Origin: a bacterium | GTDB taxonomy: Bacteria > Zhuqueibacterota > Zhuqueibacteria > Zhuqueibacterales > Zhuqueibacteraceae | Direction of reading: 5' to 3' | NCBI GenBank assembly: GCA_044869275.1 | Contig: JBIOXB010000183.1 | Coordinates: forward strand, 1 to 18,135 | DNA length: 18,135 bases | Notes under the pieces: generated by a model | Told to the model about the DNA's origin: nothing | Seen by the model: only the letters and a program-made list of their open reading frames with translations | Databases searched by the model: none | Made by a program: the position numbers and the translations under genes | Part shown: positions 7,718 through 15,297 of the stretch, piece by piece | How the letters are laid out: every line of letters begins with the position of its first letter | Position numbering within the stretch: position 1 is the stretch's first letter

Positions 7718-7740
7718 TGTCACGCAGGCCGCCAGCCTGC
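7718..7740. repeat. Single REP-like hairpin
   Basis: GCAGGC (7724-7729)-CGCCA-GCCTGC (7735-7740), preceded by TGTCAC. Confidence 0.4.
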
Positions 7741-7814
7741 AGCCTGTTGAGCCATCAGCTTGCTTTGCCAATAGCATTTTTCCTATTCTCATTTTGCCGT
7801 CAAATTCCAGCAGA

Positions 7815-9422
7815 TCATTTCCAAGAGGCCAAAAGGTTTTTCAAGCGTTGGAATGAAAGCTTCGTGCTGCAATCTTCGCGCACCAAACCGCCGTTCGCAA
7901 GGTAAGGCCGAAAATCAGAAAAATCGTACCAATTGATCGTTTTGATATACGGCTTGCTGTAATAGAGCGTGTAGACTTGTTCCAGCCAATCGGCTTGCAA
8001 GGCTTCATCCCAATGACGATGCCAGGCATAAGGCTCTTTGATCGATCCGCCGGCGGAGACTTGGTCGAGATTGGAGCTCGCGCCGATTTCGGTAATATAA
8101 ATCGGCTTGCCGAACACCGCCATGCGTTCCAGCAGCCGCACAATGTCCGACAAGTCGCGCTGTGGAAAATAGATTTGTATGCCGAGCACGTCAAATTCCA
8201 CCTTGGCATCGATCATATCTTTGAGGAATTGCCGCGGTGAGCGCAGCGGCCGCGTCGCGTCCATGCGCGCCATTCTGCCGCGCGCGACGTATTCGGCAAA
8301 CGGACAACAATTGTTGAGAATGCGCACCACTTTCGGATTCGTCTCCTTCGTTTTATCGCAGGCGAGGCGGACGATTTCGGTAATCTGATCCGGCGTGTGA
8401 TTGTGAATGTTGCCCCAATCATGATATTCGTTCACCACTTCCCATTCCAGAACTCTGTCGCCGTAGTGGCTCACCAAATCGCGTGTGTGTTTTTCAACGT
8501 ACTTTTTGAGCTCATCGAAATTTTTATTCTTCAGCCAGTCCGGCGTGACACTGGGATGAAACCAGAACAGCGGCCGGCCTTCGATGCGGATCTGGTTTTC
8601 CGCCAGCCAATTCACGATGTCATCCTTCACGCCCCAATTGTAAACGCCCTCGCGCGGCTCGAACAGCTCGTACCAAGTATCCCAAATATAGTGCGTCACG
8701 GTCGCGTAATCAAACAGCTCGACAAAACGCTTGGTGAATTCTTCATGCTTGGCCCAAATATATTGGCGCGTCTCGCAGCCGAAGTGCACCTTGTGCGCGC
8801 GTTCGTTTTTTCCGATGTCGCTCTGCGCTTTTTCCAATTCGATATTTTCGCCGGCCCACAACGCATATTTCAAGGCGCGATCAGACAACCGGCCACACCC
8901 TTCACCATCGGATTTTTTCCTGGCAGCGTCCTGTAATGATTCTTCCGCGAGCGCCACGAGATGCTTTACTTCACTCGAAAACGCCGTTCCTTCCTTTTGA
9001 TAGCGGCTCAGCACATCCTTGTTTCGCGCCACGCGGCCGGCCGCGAATTCATAATTGAGATTGAAGGTGCGCCCCTTGCTGAAATTTTCGCGGGAATAAA
9101 ATGCCCCGGCGTTATCCGCCGCCAGCCAAACATAGCCGAATCCTTCCACATACCAGCGCGTGTTGACCGCAAACTTGCGATCGCCAAGCTCTTCCGGAAC
9201 GACGATTCCTTCGGGCTTTAATTGAATCGTAGACTTAAAGGGGTCATGATTCTCATCCGTGGCGTAAACAAACGACATCGCCGGCATGAGCGGATGAGGA
9301 TAAAGCCGGAACACCAGTTCGCCGCGCGTATGCGGAGAAATGGAGGCCCAAGGGGAAACGGTTAATGCAGCTACGCCCATGGCTCCGGTTTTCAAAAACT
9401 CTCGCCGTGAGATTTGATTCAT
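7815..9422 (-). CDS. GH10-like glycoside hydrolase, Tat-exported (paralogue C)
   Basis: Start set at ATG 9422, which overlaps the upstream stop as ATGA. Tat motif SRREFLK followed by a hydrophobic stretch. WEVVNE acid/base and IYITEIG nucleophile motifs, FEPREGVYNW. 535 aa. Confidence 0.85.
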   Translation of the reverse strand: MNQISRREFLKTGAMGVAALTVSPWASISPHTRGELVFRLYPHPLMPAMSFVYATDENHDPFKSTIQLKPEGIVVPEELGDRKFAVNTRWYVEGFGYVWLAADNAGAFYSRENFSKGRTFNLNYEFAAGRVARNKDVLSRYQKEGTAFSSEVKHLVALAEESLQDAARKKSDGEGCGRLSDRALKYALWAGENIELEKAQSDIGKNERAHKVHFGCETRQYIWAKHEEFTKRFVELFDYATVTHYIWDTWYELFEPREGVYNWGVKDDIVNWLAENQIRIEGRPLFWFHPSVTPDWLKNKNFDELKKYVEKHTRDLVSHYGDRVLEWEVVNEYHDWGNIHNHTPDQITEIVRLACDKTKETNPKVVRILNNCCPFAEYVARGRMARMDATRPLRSPRQFLKDMIDAKVEFDVLGIQIYFPQRDLSDIVRLLERMAVFGKPIYITEIGASSNLDQVSAGGSIKEPYAWHRHWDEALQADWLEQVYTLYYSKPYIKTINWYDFSDFRPYLANGGLVREDCSTKLSFQRLKNLLASWK

Positions 9423-10978
9423 TTTGCCGCCAGATTCTTCCATTTCTCCTGCAAATTCTGCAACCGCTCAAACGCCACTTTTTTCTCCCCTTTTGGCGAA
9501 CGCAGCAAGCCGCCATTTTTAATCCACGCATGCGGATCGACGAAGTCATACCAGTTTACCGCTTCCATGTACGGCTTGCTGTAGGCGAGCGTGTACAATC
9601 CTTCCATCCAATCGGCTTGCAGCTCTTCATCCCAATGGCGATGCCAAATGTAAGGCTCCGTGGGCATTTTCAAAGTCTCGGCCATGATGGAATCCTTTGT
9701 GGGGCCGGAGGAGGCGCCGACTTCGGTCAATTGCATGGGCCGCCCAAACTCGGCGTAGCGCTCGATAAGAATGATCGTGTCCGCCAAATCACGGTACGGA
9801 AAATACATTTGCAATCCGGTGATGGTGAAATCAACGTTTGCTTCCACTAAATCTTTCATGAATTGATGCGGCGTGCGTTGTGGATGCTTCGCTTCGAGCT
9901 CGCCCCACTTTTTCAACTGTACATATTCGGCGAAGGGACAGCAGTTGTTGATCAAACGATGCACCTTGGGGTTGGTGGCTTTCGCCACTTCACAGGCCAG
10001 GCGCGTGACCTCGACGATTTGCTCGGGCGTGAGCTGCAGCTCGTTCGCCCAGTCATGTGCCTCGTTGACGACTTCCCACGCGTACATCTCCTCGCCGTAA
10101 TGGCTGACCACCTCGCGCGCGTGCTTTTCAACGTATTTGAGCAGCCCATCATAAGATTTTTTGCGCAGCCAATCCGGCGTGGTGGTGCGATAAAACCAAA
10201 ACAACGGCCGGCCTTCCACGGTGATGTTGCGCTGGCGCAGCTCTTTGCACAGGGCCGCGCGCAGGTTGAATTGCTTCTTATCTTCCTCCGGTTCAAAATC
10301 CTGATATGAGCCGCTGACGAGATAGTGCGTAATCGTGGCGTAATCGAAGAGCTCGGTGAAGCGGGACAGAAAGAGATCGGGGTCCATTTGAAAATATCCG
10401 CGCGCATCGCAACCGATGAAGAAGTCAGGGCGCGGACCGCGCCGAGTAATCTCATATCTGGCTTTCTCCAGCTCCATCATTTCGCCTGCCGGCATGGCAT
10501 ATTGCAGAGCCTTTTGCGCCAGCCGGCCGCAGTTTTCGCCGTCGCTGTGAACTTTCGTCGCCTCGGCAAAATACTCTTCGGAGAGATTGATAAATGCCGC
10601 AAGCTCGCGTGAGGCTTGCCATCCGGCTTTGGCATGCAGGCTTGCACGGCGGCGATTGCGTTGGACGCGGCTCTTCGCCAGTTCATAATTCATATTCAAC
10701 GTTGCCATTTTGCCCGCAGCAGGAAGCTCGTAAAATTCGCCGCCATTGTCCGCGGTGATATAAATGTACCCGAAGTCCTCCACGTTCCAGCGGACATCGA
10801 TGCCGAACTTCTTTTTGCCCTCGAGGTCGGAGATTTTCACGCCTTCCTTCGAAGCTGCAATGTTGGAGTGAAATGCGTCCCCATTGGCATCGCTGGCGTA
10901 AGCCCAATCCAGCAAGTGCGGTCCGCGGCCTTTCTGCACGAAGTACGGGCGAAAGATCAATTCGCCTTGTGTTGACAT
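9419..10978 (-). CDS. GH10-like glycoside hydrolase without signal peptide (paralogue B)
   Basis: Start set at ATG 10978 (GGAGG RBS just upstream). WEVVNE and MQLTEVG motifs. Strongly similar to both neighbours. 519 aa. Confidence 0.85.
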   Translation of the reverse strand: MSTQGELIFRPYFVQKGRGPHLLDWAYASDANGDAFHSNIAASKEGVKISDLEGKKKFGIDVRWNVEDFGYIYITADNGGEFYELPAAGKMATLNMNYELAKSRVQRNRRRASLHAKAGWQASRELAAFINLSEEYFAEATKVHSDGENCGRLAQKALQYAMPAGEMMELEKARYEITRRGPRPDFFIGCDARGYFQMDPDLFLSRFTELFDYATITHYLVSGSYQDFEPEEDKKQFNLRAALCKELRQRNITVEGRPLFWFYRTTTPDWLRKKSYDGLLKYVEKHAREVVSHYGEEMYAWEVVNEAHDWANELQLTPEQIVEVTRLACEVAKATNPKVHRLINNCCPFAEYVQLKKWGELEAKHPQRTPHQFMKDLVEANVDFTITGLQMYFPYRDLADTIILIERYAEFGRPMQLTEVGASSGPTKDSIMAETLKMPTEPYIWHRHWDEELQADWMEGLYTLAYSKPYMEAVNWYDFVDPHAWIKNGGLLRSPKGEKKVAFERLQNLQEKWKNLAAK

Positions 10979-10996
10979 CTTGCCTCCGATTTTTTC

Positions 10997-11084
10997 GCCA
11001 CGAACTTTCACGAAGCCGCCATGAACTGTTCAATTTACCGACCCCTCAAACCCCAATTCCTCATTGCCAAAAGCCAATCGTGGC
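10997..11084. repeat. Degenerate CACGAA-unit palindromic element
   Basis: GCCACGA (10997-11003)/TCGTGGC (11078-11084) ends. CACGAA, CACGAA and CATGAA units at 10999, 11009 and 11020. The right arm is mostly eroded. Confidence 0.45.
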
Positions 11085-11089
11085 AAAAT

Positions 11090-12769
11090 TTATTTTGATA
11101 AACTTTTCCAGCGGCGCTGCAAATTCTTTAAACGATCAAATGCCGCCTTCTTCTCGCCTTTTTGCGTGCGCAACAAGCCGCCATTGTCAATGTAGGAATA
11201 CGGATCAACCAGATCAAACCACAGCGCGGACGTAATCGCCGGCCTGCTGTAGGCGAGCGTGAAAATACTCTCAAGCCAATCCGCCTGCAACTCTTCATCC
11301 CATGGCCGGCGCCAAACATACGGCTCTTGGGGAAATCCCAGCGTGCCCATTTTCACCGAGCTTTCAGTCGGGCCGGAGGAGGCGCCGATTTCCGAAATCT
11401 GCACGGGTTTGCCGAACACTTCGTAGCGCTCGAGCAGCATAATGATGTCTTGCAAATCGCGGTATGGGAAATACATCTGCTGGCCGATGATGGTGAAATC
11501 CACACTGGCATCGACCAGGTCTTTGGTGAATTTCCACGGTGTGCGCTGCGGATATTTTGCCGGCTGGCCGGACCATTCTTTGAGCTGGACGTACTCGGCA
11601 TACGGACAGCAGTTGTTGACCACGCGATGAACCCTGGGAGCAACACTCTTCGCGACTTCGCACGCGAACTTCGTCAATGCAATGGTCTGCTCCGGCGTGA
11701 GCTGGCATTCGTTGGCCCAATCGTGCAGCTCGTTGACGATTTCCCAGCCGTACATGCCGTCCCCGTAATGGCCGATCACCTCACGGGTGTGGCGTTCGAC
11801 ATATTTCAGCAGCTCATCGTAGGTCTTCTGCTTCAGCCAATCGGGCGTAACCCACTTGTGGAACCAGAAAAGCAGCCGGCCCTCGACGGTTATGCCTTGC
11901 CGCTGCAGTTCTTTAAACAACAAATCACGATACTCAAACTGCAACTTCCCTTCCTCCGGCTCGAAGTAGCGCATCTGGGGATCGCCATTGACCACATAAG
12001 TGATGGTCGCATAGTTGAACACTTCCGCAAACCTTTCCAGGAACAAGTCTTTGGATATTTCATAAAAGGCGCGAGCGTCGCAACCGGCGAAAAAGTCTGG
12101 GCGGTAACCACGTTTGGCGATGGCATGCTCTGCCTTTTCCAATTCCATCATCTCGCCGGCCCACATCGCAAAATACAACGCCTTTTGCGCCAGAGCGCCG
12201 CACTTCTCGCCGTCACTCTGCGCTTTTTGAGCATCGGCAAAATATTCTTCGGCAAGATTTATGTACGCGGCCAGCTCACGCGAGGGCTTCCATCCTTCTA
12301 TTGTATGCAGCTTCATCCGCCGGCGATTGCGCAGCACGCGGCTTTTCGCCAGCTCATAATTCAAATTTAACGTTGCAGATTTTCCCGCGGGAGGAAGCTC
12401 ATAAAATTCGCCGCCATTGTCCGCGGTGATATAGATATAGCCGAAGCCTTCCACGTTCCAGCGCACGTCGAGGCCGAATTTTTTCGTGCCTTCGGTGTCG
12501 GAGATTTTCACGCCCGCGTTGGAGGAGGTGACATTCGAATGAAAAGCATCCCAGTTCACATCACTGGCATAGGCCCAATCCAACAAATGCGGGCCGCGGC
12601 CTTGTTGCACAAAGTGGGGGCGAAAGAGCAATTCCCCTTGGGCCGTGTGCTTCGAGGTTCGCGGCGCCGTTAAAATAGTGGGCGCGGAGAAGATCGCTTG
12701 CGGCGCCAGCAGCGCGCCGGCAGCGCCCAGCGCCGTTTGGGTGAGAAATTTTCTGCGATTGAGTCTCAT
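11090..12769 (-). CDS. GH10-like glycoside hydrolase, Tat-exported (paralogue A)
   Basis: Start set at ATG 12769 (MRLNRRKFLTQTALGAAGALLA, Tat motif). WEIVNE and VQISEIG catalytic motifs. 559 aa. Confidence 0.85.
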   Translation of the reverse strand: MRLNRRKFLTQTALGAAGALLAPQAIFSAPTILTAPRTSKHTAQGELLFRPHFVQQGRGPHLLDWAYASDVNWDAFHSNVTSSNAGVKISDTEGTKKFGLDVRWNVEGFGYIYITADNGGEFYELPPAGKSATLNLNYELAKSRVLRNRRRMKLHTIEGWKPSRELAAYINLAEEYFADAQKAQSDGEKCGALAQKALYFAMWAGEMMELEKAEHAIAKRGYRPDFFAGCDARAFYEISKDLFLERFAEVFNYATITYVVNGDPQMRYFEPEEGKLQFEYRDLLFKELQRQGITVEGRLLFWFHKWVTPDWLKQKTYDELLKYVERHTREVIGHYGDGMYGWEIVNELHDWANECQLTPEQTIALTKFACEVAKSVAPRVHRVVNNCCPYAEYVQLKEWSGQPAKYPQRTPWKFTKDLVDASVDFTIIGQQMYFPYRDLQDIIMLLERYEVFGKPVQISEIGASSGPTESSVKMGTLGFPQEPYVWRRPWDEELQADWLESIFTLAYSRPAITSALWFDLVDPYSYIDNGGLLRTQKGEKKAAFDRLKNLQRRWKSLSK

Positions 12770-12770
12770 G

Positions 12771-12863
12771 CTAGAGTTTGCGATTGATTTCGACACGGTG
12801 ATAATCCATCGGTCGCCGGCCTTGCCCCCAATTCATTTGATCCACAAACGCTTTCAGCGCCGG
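12771..12863 (-). pseudogene. Orphan 3' remnant of a lost gene
   Basis: An alternative frame reads PALKAFVDQMNWGQGRRPMDYHRVEINRKL* with locus-typical codons (GCG CTG AAA GCG TTT GTG GAT). It stops 1 nt before the GH10 ATG (TAG-C-ATG). Confidence 0.55.
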
Positions 12864-13086
12864 TGGGCACGTACTGCGCTTTGATTTTGATATCGGCATG
12901 GTCCGCTTCGAATTTCCTGATCAGCTCCTCGAATGAGGGAATCGTTGCAGCAACGAAGCTGTGCCAGAAGGTGAGGGTGATTTTGTCTTCGGTTTGATCG
13001 TTTTTCTTGCTGCAGCTCAAACCGAATACAAAAACGCCAACAGATAGAAGCAACCCAGCGGATAGGAATACTTTTTCCTGCTTCAT
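12859..13086 (-). pseudogene. Truncated ABC transporter sugar-binding lipoprotein (N-terminal 76 aa)
   Basis: ATG 13086 lies 1 nt after the hydrolase stop. Lipobox GLS-C25, then ITLTFWHSF...FEELIRKFEADHADIKIKAQYVP, typical of the N-terminus of carbohydrate solute-binding proteins (normally about 400 aa). The frame then runs into 30 unrelated residues and stops at 12766. Confidence 0.85.
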
Positions 13087-13087
13087 T

Positions 13088-13975
13088 TTAGTGGAAGACG
13101 GAAAAAAAATGTTCAAAGAACCGCGCACCATCCACTTCCATGGCAATCTCGTGTGTTGCATTCGACTCACCGGGTTGCCAAAACGTCATTCCTTTTGATT
13201 TTTCACCTGCCAGTTCGATCTCCACCGTTCCTGTTTGAAAAGTGCAAATCTGATCATCAAAAATCGTTGCTGCCGCCAGTGGATCATGAAAAGTTGTGCC
13301 GCCCCATTTTTGAAACCAGATCTCGGCAAAATCGAGCACGGGGCGGAACAAATCAATGCTGCGAAATTTCTCGCGAAACTCTTGTGCACTCATCGTTACC
13401 CTGCTGGTGACATCCAAGCCCACGGAACGATGCCTGCGGACAGCGGCGCGATAGACGATAGCCGTGGCGTGAGGGTCGCCATAAGCATTCCACTCCAACG
13501 GGCCGTAATTTCCCTGCACGCGATTGCTGAAGCGTCCGCACATCATCACCAGACCCTTCAAAAGTGAGGGAATCTCCGGATCGACACTGAAAAGAAGTCC
13601 GATGTTGGTTAAGGGGCCAATGGTCAAAAGCATGATTTCGCCAGGATGAGCGCGGATGGTCTGCCGCAGGAACTCCACGGCTTGCCCACGCGGGAAATTC
13701 TTGTCATGGTCCCAGTTTCCCAAAGCGATGGCCTGTTGCGCCTGTGTTTGCTTTTGCGCAACGAGCAGGGGTTGCTCAGCGCCCGCAAAAATCGGAATCT
13801 TTTTACCGGCAACTTTACAGAGCGCGCTCGCCATCATGGCGCGTTTCTCGGCTTCGCCAGTGACGGTGGTGATGCCCATGAGCTCGCATTGGGGATTGGC
13901 GAGGAGATAAGCCAGACAGACGGCATCATCAATATCAGTGCCGAGGTCAGTGTCTAAAAGAATTTTTGCACTCAT
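13088..13975 (-). CDS. Nucleoside hydrolase (inosine-uridine preferring, IUNH family)
   Basis: 295 aa. N-terminal Asp cluster LLDTDLGTDIDDA, GITTVTG, TIGPLTN, EWNAYGDP, GLDVT and HDPLA. Confidence 0.93.
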   Translation of the reverse strand: MSAKILLDTDLGTDIDDAVCLAYLLANPQCELMGITTVTGEAEKRAMMASALCKVAGKKIPIFAGAEQPLLVAQKQTQAQQAIALGNWDHDKNFPRGQAVEFLRQTIRAHPGEIMLLTIGPLTNIGLLFSVDPEIPSLLKGLVMMCGRFSNRVQGNYGPLEWNAYGDPHATAIVYRAAVRRHRSVGLDVTSRVTMSAQEFREKFRSIDLFRPVLDFAEIWFQKWGGTTFHDPLAAATIFDDQICTFQTGTVEIELAGEKSKGMTFWQPGESNATHEIAMEVDGARFFEHFFSVFH

Positions 13976-14007
13976 GAATCGACATCTTTCCCAAAATCGT
14001 TACGCCA

Positions 14008-15297
14008 TTAGGTTTCGCATCGCACGACTGTGCTGAAAGCTATTTTTCTGGGCTCCACGACTTTCTTTGCCAGCCAAACCGCCGAGGCGAGCGCCAAAAT
14101 TGCGGCGATGATGAAAACCGTGTCGTAACCAAAGCGATTTGCCAGCCACCCGCCGGCGAGGCCGGAAAGCACGAACGGCGAGGTGATCAAATTCGTCAAC
14201 GCAATATACGTGGGCCGCTCTTCATTCGAACAAAACTCGGCGATGATGGGAAGTCGCGAGATGCCGGTCAATCCAATCGTGAATGCCGCGCCGGCAAACA
14301 CCAGCAAATAAATCTCAACGGTTGGCGCCAGCAGCGCCAGCAAACAGGTGCCGGTGGTAACCATGGCGGCCAACAGCAGATTCAATCGATGTCCGAAATG
14401 ATCAGCCAAGTAACCAAAGAACATATTGCCCGCCATCATGCTGGTCATCATCACCATGATAAAGGTTCCGGCATGGGCATCGGAGAGTGAGAATTTTTCC
14501 AGCGCGTTGACGGCATAAAATGCGCTGGCCATGGTCGCGGTGATGAGCAGGGCATCGGCAATGAGAAAGTTGCGATAGTTGCGTTGCTGTTTCAGAATGC
14601 TCGACAGGCTGCGCAGATAGCTTTTGTATGAATCTTGCTCTTCCGGCCGCGCGCCGTCTTCTTCCTTTAAGAGCGCCAAAAAAATGTACGACCCCATCAT
14701 CGTGATGAAAGCGAGCAGGAACAGCAGGGCAAAATTTTCGGGATAAGCGACTGTCTGCAACACCTTCGTCACCACCCAACCGCCGAAGACGCCGAGGGCA
14801 GCTCCGAGAACCTGTCGGAGGCCAAACAGCCGCCCGCGCAGATCGACCGGAGTGATTTTTGCCACCAAATCAAACCACCCCGGCAGATTAATGCTGCCGC
14901 CGATCGCGGCAAGCGCGAACACGAAGAAGAAGAGCAGCAATCCCATTTCCGCATCGATCTTGGCGACGAGCAAAAACGCAAGCACTGCCAGCAGCAGCCA
15001 GGGAGTGCGTTGCAGCATCGCCGTGGCCAGCACCAGCTTCTTTTTGCGCGCAAAGCGCTGGGTGTAGCCGGCAATGAATATTTGCGGAAAATTGAATCCC
15101 ACGGTCCAAAGCACGGGAATGAGTCCGACCGCGACGTTGCTGCCGCCGATCTTTTTCACGAATACGGGCAGCACGGTTTGCAGCGAAACCAGACTCATGG
15201 CCATCGAGAAGACCGCGCCATCGCAAACATTCGCAGCGAAATTCCATTGCAGAAAAGGTCGCTCCGGCTCCGAGGATCGCAAAAACCGCTTAAGCAC
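14008..15297 (-). CDS. Major facilitator superfamily transporter
   Basis: About 12 hydrophobic segments in two halves separated by a charged loop. Motif A-like GYLADHFGHR. Start probably GTG 15297 (AAGGAGG upstream; overlaps the GH42 stop); the exact start is uncertain. Confidence 0.88.
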   Translation of the reverse strand: MLKRFLRSSEPERPFLQWNFAANVCDGAVFSMAMSLVSLQTVLPVFVKKIGGSNVAVGLIPVLWTVGFNFPQIFIAGYTQRFARKKKLVLATAMLQRTPWLLLAVLAFLLVAKIDAEMGLLLFFFVFALAAIGGSINLPGWFDLVAKITPVDLRGRLFGLRQVLGAALGVFGGWVVTKVLQTVAYPENFALLFLLAFITMMGSYIFLALLKEEDGARPEEQDSYKSYLRSLSSILKQQRNYRNFLIADALLITATMASAFYAVNALEKFSLSDAHAGTFIMVMMTSMMAGNMFFGYLADHFGHRLNLLLAAMVTTGTCLLALLAPTVEIYLLVFAGAAFTIGLTGISRLPIIAEFCSNEERPTYIALTNLITSPFVLSGLAGGWLANRFGYDTVFIIAAILALASAVWLAKKVVEPRKIAFSTVVRCET

